From contig JANRJA010000172.1 in NCBI GenBank assembly GCA_033764315.1, positions 14,675-78,674 of the forward strand: a DNA stretch of 64,000 bases, in the 5' to 3' direction. Positions 9,597 through 19,256 of the stretch are shown piece after piece. How positions within the stretch are numbered: position 1 is the first letter of the stretch; each line of letters begins with the position of its first letter. Under the pieces are notes generated by a model, which saw only the letters and a list, made by a program, of their open reading frames with translations, was not told where the DNA came from and made no database searches. Source of the DNA: Oculatellaceae cyanobacterium bins.114. Its GTDB lineage: Bacteria; Cyanobacteriota; Cyanobacteriia; Elainellales; Elainellaceae. The position numbers and the translations under genes were made by a program.

Positions 9597-10793
9597 ATGA
9601 AGGCTGTAGCCTCGTCTCGAGCGATCGCGACGTTGATGGTTGCCTTGATGGGTTTAGTTTTGCTGTCTACCTCGGTTCAACCTGCGCGATCGCTGCCGAT
9701 ATGGAGCACCCCTCAACTGGCCCAAACGGCTGCTTCGGTTGAGCGATTGCGGCAACAACAGCAGCAAATAGAACGGCGGCGATCGCAACTCAATCGTGAA
9801 CAAGATCGCCTGGAAAATTTGCAGGAGTCGGCGCAAGATCGCCTCGAAGGATTAGAAGACACCATTCAAACCACTGCCTCGCAAATTCGCGCCAATGAAA
9901 ATCAGCTCAAGATTGCCAGCGATCGCTTGCAAAAGTTGGAAGCAGAGTTAGCAGTCGCCGAAAAAACCTATCAAGATCGGCAGTTTGCTACCGTCGCGCG
10001 GCTGCGATTTTTGCAACGTCAACAAAGCAGTCGAGGGTGGGCCGTGTTGCTCAATAGCCAAAGCCTCAACGATTTTCTCGATCGGCGGCGGCAGTTGTCA
10101 CTGGTCTATGGGGCAGATCGCAAAATCCTGGCAGAGCTAAAAGCCGAGGCTGACGACTTAAACCGTCGTCGCCGTACCATTGAGCGGCAAAAGAATGAAA
10201 TTGCTTTGCTTACTCAAGAGTTGCAAGCCCAAAAGTCAGAGTATGAGGCACAGGCCAAAACTCAGGAAAGTCTGATTAATCGACTCAGGGCAGACCGACA
10301 AGCCCTTGAGGAGGCAGAATCACAACTAGAAAAAGATTCTGCTAATATTGCTGTGTTAATTCGGCAACGCATTGCTGCTGCTGCCCGAAATGGCATTGTT
10401 GTGCATGGAACAGGGCAATTTAGCTTGCCTGTCAACGGACGGCTCACCAGCAACTTTGGTTATCGTGTTCACCCCATTTTGGGCTATCGCCGCTTTCATG
10501 CAGGCGTTGATTTTGGAGTCGGATATGGCACAGTGATTCGGGCCGCAGACTCTGGCACGGTGATCTTTGCGGGTTGGTATGGCGGTTATGGTCGATCGGT
10601 GATCATTGACCACGGCAACAATCTCACCACCCTCTATGCTCACACCAGCGAAGTGTATGTCTCAGAAGGGCAGGCCGTACAACGGGGACAGGCGATCGCG
10701 GCGGTTGGTTCTACCGGACTCTCTACTGGGCCAAACCTGCACTTTGAAGTACGGCAAAACGGGACTCCTGTGAATCCCCTTAATTATCTGTAG
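9597..10793 (+). CDS. EnvC-like coiled-coil / M23 (LytM) domain protein
   Basis: Signal peptide, long coiled coil, HAGVD, YAH, GPNLHFEV; start at MKAVAS. Confidence 0.9.
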   Translation: MKAVASSRAIATLMVALMGLVLLSTSVQPARSLPIWSTPQLAQTAASVERLRQQQQQIERRRSQLNREQDRLENLQESAQDRLEGLEDTIQTTASQIRANENQLKIASDRLQKLEAELAVAEKTYQDRQFATVARLRFLQRQQSSRGWAVLLNSQSLNDFLDRRRQLSLVYGADRKILAELKAEADDLNRRRRTIERQKNEIALLTQELQAQKSEYEAQAKTQESLINRLRADRQALEEAESQLEKDSANIAVLIRQRIAAAARNGIVVHGTGQFSLPVNGRLTSNFGYRVHPILGYRRFHAGVDFGVGYGTVIRAADSGTVIFAGWYGGYGRSVIIDHGNNLTTLYAHTSEVYVSEGQAVQRGQAIAAVGSTGLSTGPNLHFEVRQNGTPVNPLNYL

Positions 10794-10824
10794 GACAGGG
10801 TGATGGGGTGATAGGACAACCGTA

Positions 10825-10930
10825 AAGACGCGATTAATCTCTCTAAGAGACGCGATTAATCGCGTCTCTCCAGATCTCAAAAATAATTCGGTTAGCGTCT
10901 CTCCAGATCCTCAAAAATAATTCGGTTAGC
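10825..10930. repeat. REP-like palindrome plus a 33/34-bp tandem duplication
   Basis: AGAGACGCGATTAATCGCGTCTCT at 10846-10869; GCGTCTCTCCAGATC(C)TCAAAAATAATTCGGTTA at 10862 and 10895. Confidence 0.9.
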
Positions 10931-11863
10931 CATGTCTTCATTTGCCACAGGTTGGTGTTGATGCAAGGCGATCGCCCGATTGACGGCATTCATACGCCGT
11001 TCTTGGTCTTGGGTGATGCTGTGAATATTGTTGCCCAACCCAGGAGCACTCCATCGCCCAGAGTCGGGGTCAAGATAGGATCGGGTGCGTGCCCACAAGA
11101 TCGCATCAGACCCGACTAACCCCATATTATGAGCGGTTTTGAGCCATGCGATATAGCCGCGATCGAGGGCAGCAGCAGGGGATTGGTTGGCTAAATCGAT
11201 GCCATTTAACTCTTCTTGCAAGGTCATTGCCATCCCCTTTTCGGCGGCTTGATGGTGCAATTCCGCTGCCTGTTGTTGTAAGCGTCGCAGTTGTTTTACA
11301 TCGGCTTCTTCGGGGGTTTTTGCCCCATGTTGATACGAAAAACTCCCTAAATTCCATACGCCGTTGCCCGGATCAACATGTCCATAATATGCCCAAGTTC
11401 TGCCACCGTCTGGGGTACGGGTGCCCTCGGCACTGCCAACAGCTTTAGCGACCAGTGAGTCAGAACCCCCATCAAATACACTGGCGTTTGAGGTTGGTGG
11501 AGTGGGTTGGGGTAATCGTTGTGTAGTTTCTGCAAGGGGCGATCGCTCAGGGACAGGGCGTGCTGGCTCCTCAAGGGTGGGTAACTCAAAACTCACTTCA
11601 AGCGTTTGGTGCGAAGCCATTTCCTGGTTTGGAGCATCGCTAATAGATGATGTTGATGCAGGATGAGGGTTGGGTTGAGATGCTGTAGCAGATGCTTTAG
11701 GAGTTTGAGAAATGGCAGCTAGGGGTGCTTCTGCTACACGGTTTTGATCGGGTGAATGGGATGGCAGATCAAATTCCAAAAGCCCTTCGTCTGCTTGAGC
11801 CGCTTGAGCAGACCCTAAGACGACCGCTACCACCCCCCCCACAATCCATCCACATCGTTTCAT
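10892..11863 (-). CDS. Secreted protein with a putative lysozyme-like C-terminal domain
   Basis: Signal peptide (AQA-AQA), P/S/T linker, AVGSAEGT...HVDPGN..NLGSFSYQ; ATGA overlap with the upstream gene; fold is inferred. Confidence 0.65.
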   Translation of the reverse strand: MKRCGWIVGGVVAVVLGSAQAAQADEGLLEFDLPSHSPDQNRVAEAPLAAISQTPKASATASQPNPHPASTSSISDAPNQEMASHQTLEVSFELPTLEEPARPVPERSPLAETTQRLPQPTPPTSNASVFDGGSDSLVAKAVGSAEGTRTPDGGRTWAYYGHVDPGNGVWNLGSFSYQHGAKTPEEADVKQLRRLQQQAAELHHQAAEKGMAMTLQEELNGIDLANQSPAAALDRGYIAWLKTAHNMGLVGSDAILWARTRSYLDPDSGRWSAPGLGNNIHSITQDQERRMNAVNRAIALHQHQPVANEDMANRIIFEDLERR

Positions 11864-12348
11864 TGCAGTTCCCCTGTTAAGGTGCGCTCTAGTATTTGAA
11901 TTGAGGGTTCTACCATTGCCCAACGACCGCTAGGTTGTTTACGGAGCGTGGCAAATTCAAGGGTATTGGCGATCGCCACCGAGTCTCCTTGCTGAACGCT
12001 ACCCAATTTGGGTTGCGTGACTCCACACCAGCGAAATAGATAGGCTGGCAACTCTGGACTGGAGTAAAACACACAGTCTGCATTACCGCTAACGGGGCGC
12101 ACACGACCGTCATAGGGGGCATACACGGGTTGACCTGCTAGCTCGACCGAGATATCTCCTAACCCACCTTGAATGCGCCGACCTGCTACCTGGTCGCCGG
12201 GTTGCAGCACCCACTGTTGTTCTAGTTGGATTGTCATCTCTGGTTCCGTTGGGGATGCCTTACATCCGGTTAACAACAGTGGAGCCAAAACCAGTGGAAA
12301 CAGAACTAACAGAGGCTTTATATCAAGCCACAAACGCTTTTTTAGCAT
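11860..12348 (-). CDS. Lipoprotein with a degenerate M23/hybrid-motif-like domain
   Basis: LLTGC lipobox; DISVELAGQPVYAPYDGRV and VQQGDSVA resemble M23 strands; no His ligands seen. Confidence 0.65.
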   Translation of the reverse strand: MLKKRLWLDIKPLLVLFPLVLAPLLLTGCKASPTEPEMTIQLEQQWVLQPGDQVAGRRIQGGLGDISVELAGQPVYAPYDGRVRPVSGNADCVFYSSPELPAYLFRWCGVTQPKLGSVQQGDSVAIANTLEFATLRKQPSGRWAMVEPSIQILERTLTGELQ

Positions 12349-12952
12349 AGTGATGCCGCACGCGAGACTTTAAAGCTGAGAGTCGATCAATCAATACTTT
12401 GATCAGAGGAATTTAGGGTGAGGGCAAAAGAGAACGTTGCAGTGCGGGTTTCTAGCCCTGCCATAGAGAGTATTGGACTGTTGAACTATTGATAAATAGT
12501 ACATTAGTGCTATAATTTCTGCAACCATTGAGGTGACACAAGTGAGCGATCGCGTCGCCTTATGCCTTTGGGTAGATATAGCTAAGCAGGGCAGACGCTA
12601 TAGAATCCAAAACAAAAGTAGTTTTAAACGCGCTTTAAGCTCCTGTTTCAAGATTGGCATCGTTCTCTTTAAGAGCTACTTTGCTGTCGAGGTAATCAGA
12701 GGTTGACCAGTTGGTTTGTGAACTCGGCACCTTATGGAACAAACCCATTCCTAATTTGCTGTCGTTTTAGGGGCAAGCTTTAGCCTATTCAATTGGTGGA
12801 AGAATAGACATAGACAGCTTTTTCTTTTGCGTTGCGACCTGTATCTGCTGTCTTAGTTCACTGGAGGCAGTTGTCTGTTTCAATTTGACAAGATGCAAAT
12901 AAAAAGCCTAAAAGGTCAATGATCAGTGGTGTAAAAGTGGTGCAGGAAAAGC

Positions 12953-12988
12953 TGTATATCGCGTCAAACTTGTATATCGCGTCAAACT
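12953..12988. repeat. Perfect 18-bp tandem duplication
   Basis: TGTATATCGCGTCAAACT x2. Confidence 0.9.
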
Positions 12989-13084
12989 ATATGATCGGAT
13001 CTTCTGATTCCTGACTGTCTATGTCCAGTCATTTGCTTCAGGTAAGACTGGTTTTTTAATCTCTGACAATTGGATATTTAAGTT

Positions 13085-16000
13085 ATGTCAACTCGCCGGA
13101 CTGTTCTTGTTATCGCTGGCTCTGAGCAGAGCGTTGACCGCTATGAGCGTCAATTACAACAAGACGGGAGTTTTGCTTACCAAGTCTTGACTGAGCAATA
13201 TGATACTCAGCTATCACTGCTGTCTCGATCGCAGCCGATTGATGGCATTCTCTTAGAACTTCATTCGCCCCATTCCACCAGTTTTGATATATTGAGGCAA
13301 CTTAAAGAACAGATGAGCGATCGCTGTCCGCCGATTGTGGTTGTGGATGGTGAAGATGCTGAGATGGCTGTGCGAGCCTTTAAAAGTGGCGCAGTCGATT
13401 ATTTGGTCAAAGACCGAATGACTCCTGATGACCTGCGGGGTGCCATGCGGAGTGCGATCGCCAATGCTGAGTTGCGACACCAACTCCAACGCAGTCAAGA
13501 ACAGTTTCAAACATCGGTTGAGAACATGTTGGACTGTTTTGGCATCTTTTCATCGATTCGAGATCAGTCAGGCCAGATTGTAGACTTTCGGATTGATTAT
13601 CTCAACGAAGCCGCCTGTCAAAACAACCAACTCCCCAAAGCAGTGCAGATCGGTCGAGGGTTGTGTGAAGTGTTGCCTGCCCATCGAGCCTCAGGACTGT
13701 TTGACGAATATCGTCAATTGGTTGAGACGGGGAAACCGTTGATCAAAGACGCGCTCATTTACGATGACACCTATGGTGAACAGCGGCTGATCCGAGCGTT
13801 TGATATTCGGGCTACCCGGTTAAACGATGGGTTTGTGGCCTCTTGGCGCGATGTGACCGATCGCAAACGCCTAGAACTAGAGTTGAGCAAAACCGCCACA
13901 GCACTTCACAGCAGTCAGCAACGCTATCAAGACTTGGCAGAAGCCATGCCCCAAATTGTTTGGATGGCTGATGCAACGGGGGCGGCTAATTACTGGAATC
14001 AACGTTGGTATGACTACACAGGCTTGAGTGTAGCCGAATCAATGGGCTTAGCGGGAGCTAACACAGTTCACCCTGATGAGCGCGATCGCACCTTGGCTCA
14101 TTGGAGCCAGTCGATTGTTACGGGTCAGCCGTTTGAGATCGAATATCGGATTCGTCGTTGGGATGGTGAATATCACTGGTTTATCTGTCGAGCACTGCCT
14201 ACATTCACGGATCAGCAAGTCATTACAGGTTGGATTGGCACCATTACTGATATTGATAACCAAAAGCAACTCGAAGCAAGACTGTTGAGTGCGATCGCTA
14301 ACCATGAGCGCACCGAGCAAGTGTTGCGAGCCACAAATCAACAGGTCACTTGCATTTTAGAGAGCATGACCGATGCCTACGTCGCTCTCGATCGAGACTG
14401 GTGCATCACTTACGTTAACCAGATTACGGCTCGCTTGAATCAAACGTCTCCAGAGGATCTCGTTGGCAAATCCCACTGGGATGTCTGGCCAGCGACCAAG
14501 GGAACGATTTGTGAAGAACAATATCGGTGGGCGATCGCCCATCAAACCCCAGCCCACTTTGACTATTTTTATGAAGCGAAACAGCGATGGTATGAAGTTC
14601 ATGCCTATCCCTCAGCCGATGGGTTGGGCATCTATTATCGCGACATCCACGATCGCAAATGCACCGAACAGGCATTGCAAGATAGCGAAGAGCGGTTTCG
14701 GTTAGTCACCCATGCGGTCAATGGACTGATTTTTGATTGGAATGTTCAGGCGGATGAAGTCTATCGGTCTGAAAAACTATTTGATCTGGTCGGAGTTGAT
14801 CCTGCAGATGCTCCACCCACCGCAGTCTGGTGGCAAGAACGACTCCACCCGGATGATGCGGCACAATTGCAACTGCGCCTGCCTGAGGTGTTGAGTCAGT
14901 CTAATGGATTGTATGAAGAGGAGTATCGTGTTCGTCATGCCGATGGACGCTGGATTGATGTATGGGAGCGGGGTTGCTTCATTCGAGATGAACAAGGGCA
15001 AATCGTTCGTGTGGTGGGTTCTACGGTAGATATTAGCGATCGCAAACGAACTGAGGCACGACTCCGCGACAGTCAAGCTCAACTGCAACAACAACTGGCA
15101 GAAATTGAAGCCATTTATCAATCTGCCCCGATTGGGTTGAGTATTCTAGATGCCGATCTTCGCTTTGTACGGATCAACCAGCGATTGGCAGACATGAATG
15201 GGCTTCCGGTTGAAGCCCACATTGGTCGCACTGTGCGAGAACTGTTGCCCGATTTGGCAGATGCGGCTGAACAGATTTTGCGCCCCATTCTAGAAACAGG
15301 GGAACCCCTGTTGAATGTCAAAATTCAGGGTGAAACCCCAGCCCAACCAGGGGTCAAACGCACCTGGTTAGAGCACTTTTTGCCCTTAAAAAGCGAGCAA
15401 AGCCAACGTGTCATTGGCATTAGCACGGTGTGTGAAGAAATTACAGAGCGCATTCAGGTTGAGGCAGCCCTGCGCCAGAGTGAAGAACGCTTTCGCAACA
15501 TGGCAGACAATGCCCCGATGATGGTTTGGGTGGTGGATGAAACGGGATATTGCACCTACCTGAGCCAGAGTTGGTACGAGTTTACTGGGCAAACCGAAGC
15601 AACTGGATTGGGGTTTGGTTGGCTAGAGGCAGTGCATCCGGGCGATCGCGACTTTTCTAAACAGATCTTTTTGGCAGCGAGTGAGCGTCACGAAGCTTTT
15701 CGCCTGGAATATCGCCTGCGCCATCAAAATGGGGATTATCGCTGGGCGATCGATGCAGCGGCTCCCTGGTTTGGGGAGGATGGCGAATTTAGAGGATACA
15801 TCGGTTCAGTGGTTGATATTCACGATCGCAAACAAACTGAGGATGCTCTGCGGCAGTCAGAAGAGCGTTATCGCACCCTGTTTGAGTCGATGAACGAAGG
15901 CTTTTGTGTGATTGAGATGCTATTTGACGACCAGGACACCCCCCTTGATTACCGCTTTTTGGAACTCAATCCAGCCTTTGAACATCAAACTGGACTCAGC

Positions 16001-18631
16001 CAAGCAGAGGGTAAAACGGCACGACAACTGATGCCTGACCTAGAACCCTACTGGTTTGAGACGTATGGCAAGGTGGCACTGACCGGAGAACCTGTCCGGT
16101 TTGAAAATGGGTCTGACACGTTGAACCGATGGTTTGATGTGTCTGCTTTTAGAATTGGGGAGGCAGGGAGCCGAAAAGTTGCCATTTTGTTTAAGGACAC
16201 CAGCGATCGCAAGCAGGCTGCACGAGAACTCAGCGAAAGTGAAGCTCGGTTTCGCACGCTGGCAGATAACATTTCGCAACTTGCTTGGATGACCAATGAG
16301 CTAGGCTGGATCTTCTGGTACAACCAGCGTTGGTTTGACTACACAGGCACTACGTTAGAAGAGATGCAGGGTTGGGGGTGGCAACAGGTTCAGCACCCCG
16401 ATCATGTAGAGCGAGTGGTTAGCAAGTTCCGTCGCTGCATTGAAACGGGTGAAACCTGGGAAGATACCTTTCCCTTGCGAGGTCGGGATGGGCACTATCG
16501 CTGGTTTCTCTCCCGTGCGATTCCGATTCGAGATGAGCAGGGTAAGGTGTTGCGTTGGTTTGGCACCAATACTGATATTACTGACCTGCGACAAACTGAA
16601 ATGGCTTTGCAACAAGCCACTGAGCGACTCAATATAGCCCTCAAGAGTGCTCCTCTGACTTTGTTTAATCAAGATCGAGAACTTCGCTATACCTGGATTT
16701 ATAACCCGACTCAAAACTTTTTGGTAGAGGAGGTGATCGGTCAGCGTGATGAAGATCTGGTGTCTTTAGAGTCGGCTGCTCACCTGACCCGACTAAAGCA
16801 GCAGGTGTTAGACACGGGTGTAGGTTTGCGAGAAGAAGTTGAGATTACTAAGAATGGCAAAACGGCTTACTATGATTTGACGGTTGATCCTATTCGAGAT
16901 AGCCAGGACAGGGTAGTTGGCATTACCTGTGCAGCGGTGGACATTACCGATCGTAAGCAAGCTGAGGAAGCTCTGCGTCAGAGTGAAGATCGGTTCCGCA
17001 TTGCGATCGAGTCGGCTCGGTTGGGCACTTGGGACTTGAATCTCACTACCAACGAACTCGTTTGGGATGATGGGTGTAAAGCTATGTTTGGTCTGCCACC
17101 TCATGCCAAGAGCAGCATGGAGGTATTTTTTAGCGGGCTGCATCCTGCCGATCGCGATCGCCTGGAGCAGATCGTCCAACGAGTTTTGAATCCTACTAGT
17201 GGTGGCTCCTATGACGAGGAATATCGCACTATTGGAGTTCAGGATGGTGTTGAACGGTGGATTCGAGCAAAAGGGCAAGCTTACTTTGACTCAAATGGCA
17301 CACCCCGCCGTTTTATTGGCACTGTGCTGGATATTACGGAGCAGAAACGAGCTGAAGCCCAACGAGAGCAGCTTCTTCAACAAGAACAAGCCGCTAGAGA
17401 AGAAGCTGAACGGGCTAACCGCATCAAAGATGAATTTCTTGCCATTCTCTCGCATGAGTTGCGATCGCCCCTCAACCCCATCTTGGGGTGGTCAAAGTTG
17501 TTGCAAACACGCAAATTAGACGTGGCTAAAACCGCTGAAGCCCTCGCCACGATTGAGCGAAATGCTAAATTGCAGACTCAGTTAATTGATGATTTGCTGG
17601 ATGTTGCCAAGATCTTGCGCGGCAAGTTGAGCCTGAGTGTAGCCTCTGTCAATTTGACGTCTGTGATTGAAGCCGCAATGGAAACGGTGAGAACGGCAAC
17701 TCTGGCTAAAGGGATTTCACTCCATGCTGTGTTACCCCATGTTGGGGAAGTTGCTGGGGATGCGGCTCGTCTCCAACAAGTCGTCTGGAACTTACTCTCT
17801 AACGCCATCAAGTTTACGGCTGTGGGGGGTCGGGTAGAGGTGCGATTAGAACGGGTTGAAGGGAGGCGTGTGGATGAGAGAGGGGAGGGTGTCTCATTGC
17901 CCATTGACCCTTCCACCTCTCCACCCGTTTACGCCTATGCTCAAATCACCGTCACCGACACCGGAAAAGGCATTAATCCAGACTTTTTGCCCCACATTTT
18001 TGAGTCGTTTCGACAAGAGGATGCCTCGACCACTCGCAAGTATGGCGGCTTAGGGTTGGGGTTGGCGATTGTGCGTCAGTTGGTGGAGGCTCATGGCGGC
18101 ACTATCACAGCCGAGAGTGCAGGTGAAGGGAAGGGAGCCACCTTTACGGTTCGCCTGCCTCTGCTCAGAAGCGAGACTATGAGAGATTATCCTGTCGCGA
18201 TCGCCCCCCCTGATGCTCTTGCCCTGCCTTCTCTCCAGTTTCCTCTAGAGAGCATTCGAGTCCTTGCGGTAGACGATGAAGCCGATGCCCGTGAGCTATT
18301 AACCGTGTTGCTCACCCAATATGGAGCCGAGGTTTTGACAGTGACATCGGCGGCAGAGGTGTTGGCTAACCTGGAGTCGTTTCGCCCTGATGTGCTGGTT
18401 AGTGATATTGGTATGCCTGGTGTGGATGGCTATACACTGATTCAACAAATTCGGGCATTACCGGCTGCACAAGGTGGAAAAACTCCAGCGATCGCCCTGA
18501 CTGCCTATGCTAGAGAGGGCGATCACCAGCGAGCGATTGCCAGTGGTTATCAGCGACATGTCACAAAACCGCTTGAGATAGAACAGTTGGTGGAAAGTGT
18601 AATGGCACTAGTTAAAAGTGGTACAAGTTAG
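13085..18631 (+). CDS. Hybrid sensor histidine kinase: atypical REC, ~10 PAS, HisKA, HATPase, REC
   Basis: Repeated HPDD..DIT(D)RK PAS/PAC units, LSHELRSPL, NLLSNAIKFT, GGLGLGL, VLVSDIGMP. Confidence 0.95.
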   Translation: MSTRRTVLVIAGSEQSVDRYERQLQQDGSFAYQVLTEQYDTQLSLLSRSQPIDGILLELHSPHSTSFDILRQLKEQMSDRCPPIVVVDGEDAEMAVRAFKSGAVDYLVKDRMTPDDLRGAMRSAIANAELRHQLQRSQEQFQTSVENMLDCFGIFSSIRDQSGQIVDFRIDYLNEAACQNNQLPKAVQIGRGLCEVLPAHRASGLFDEYRQLVETGKPLIKDALIYDDTYGEQRLIRAFDIRATRLNDGFVASWRDVTDRKRLELELSKTATALHSSQQRYQDLAEAMPQIVWMADATGAANYWNQRWYDYTGLSVAESMGLAGANTVHPDERDRTLAHWSQSIVTGQPFEIEYRIRRWDGEYHWFICRALPTFTDQQVITGWIGTITDIDNQKQLEARLLSAIANHERTEQVLRATNQQVTCILESMTDAYVALDRDWCITYVNQITARLNQTSPEDLVGKSHWDVWPATKGTICEEQYRWAIAHQTPAHFDYFYEAKQRWYEVHAYPSADGLGIYYRDIHDRKCTEQALQDSEERFRLVTHAVNGLIFDWNVQADEVYRSEKLFDLVGVDPADAPPTAVWWQERLHPDDAAQLQLRLPEVLSQSNGLYEEEYRVRHADGRWIDVWERGCFIRDEQGQIVRVVGSTVDISDRKRTEARLRDSQAQLQQQLAEIEAIYQSAPIGLSILDADLRFVRINQRLADMNGLPVEAHIGRTVRELLPDLADAAEQILRPILETGEPLLNVKIQGETPAQPGVKRTWLEHFLPLKSEQSQRVIGISTVCEEITERIQVEAALRQSEERFRNMADNAPMMVWVVDETGYCTYLSQSWYEFTGQTEATGLGFGWLEAVHPGDRDFSKQIFLAASERHEAFRLEYRLRHQNGDYRWAIDAAAPWFGEDGEFRGYIGSVVDIHDRKQTEDALRQSEERYRTLFESMNEGFCVIEMLFDDQDTPLDYRFLELNPAFEHQTGLSQAEGKTARQLMPDLEPYWFETYGKVALTGEPVRFENGSDTLNRWFDVSAFRIGEAGSRKVAILFKDTSDRKQAARELSESEARFRTLADNISQLAWMTNELGWIFWYNQRWFDYTGTTLEEMQGWGWQQVQHPDHVERVVSKFRRCIETGETWEDTFPLRGRDGHYRWFLSRAIPIRDEQGKVLRWFGTNTDITDLRQTEMALQQATERLNIALKSAPLTLFNQDRELRYTWIYNPTQNFLVEEVIGQRDEDLVSLESAAHLTRLKQQVLDTGVGLREEVEITKNGKTAYYDLTVDPIRDSQDRVVGITCAAVDITDRKQAEEALRQSEDRFRIAIESARLGTWDLNLTTNELVWDDGCKAMFGLPPHAKSSMEVFFSGLHPADRDRLEQIVQRVLNPTSGGSYDEEYRTIGVQDGVERWIRAKGQAYFDSNGTPRRFIGTVLDITEQKRAEAQREQLLQQEQAAREEAERANRIKDEFLAILSHELRSPLNPILGWSKLLQTRKLDVAKTAEALATIERNAKLQTQLIDDLLDVAKILRGKLSLSVASVNLTSVIEAAMETVRTATLAKGISLHAVLPHVGEVAGDAARLQQVVWNLLSNAIKFTAVGGRVEVRLERVEGRRVDERGEGVSLPIDPSTSPPVYAYAQITVTDTGKGINPDFLPHIFESFRQEDASTTRKYGGLGLGLAIVRQLVEAHGGTITAESAGEGKGATFTVRLPLLRSETMRDYPVAIAPPDALALPSLQFPLESIRVLAVDDEADARELLTVLLTQYGAEVLTVTSAAEVLANLESFRPDVLVSDIGMPGVDGYTLIQQIRALPAAQGGKTPAIALTAYAREGDHQRAIASGYQRHVTKPLEIEQLVESVMALVKSGTS

Positions 18632-18660
18632 AAATAGAACGCGATCTACAACTTAAAGGG

Positions 18661-18731
18661 CTAGATCCCCGGCTTCTTGTTGAGCATCTTCAAAGGGGTT
18701 GGGTAAATGTCACTAGAAACCGGGGATCTAG
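18661..18731. mobile_element. ~70-bp inverted-repeat element (MITE/REP-like)
   Basis: CTAGATCCCCGGCTTCT ... AGAAACCGGGGATCTAG; relatives at 31952 and 59434. Confidence 0.75.
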
Positions 18732-18756
18732 AGAAAGTCGCATATGAGGTAAATAG

Positions 18757-18966
<210 letters not shown>

Positions 18967-18999
18967 TAGGGTTGGATAGTTATGCTGAATTCCTGCTTA

Positions 19000-19256
19000 A
19001 CGTGAATTCGGGATAAGGATTTTGGCGGTTGAAACCGCAGCTACAGGAGCAAAACCGACCTGATATGAAATCTGGCTGCTTCCCTGTTGTAAGGCTACGG
19101 CTAAAACCTTTGCCTGTAGAAAAGTAATTAGTAAGCAACTAGCCGGATTTTGTATGAGTCGGTTCACTCAACCCGTGATTCTCCATAGTTCGCGAAGGCG
19201 AACTTCGCTCTGATAGCCGCGAATTTATTCGCTAGGCTCTTAAACCGAACTGACGT
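19000..19256. mobile_element. MITE-like element with terminal inverted repeats and TGCTTA target duplication
   Basis: ACGTGAATTCGGGATAAG ... CTTAAACCGAACTGACGT; TGCTTA at 18994-18999 and 19257-19262. Confidence 0.8.
19061..19157. mobile_element. 97-bp MITE-like element nested in the previous one
   Basis: TGATATGAAATCTGGCT ... AGCCGGATTTTGTATGA, separating the hairpin arms AACCGAC and GTCGGTT. Confidence 0.65.
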
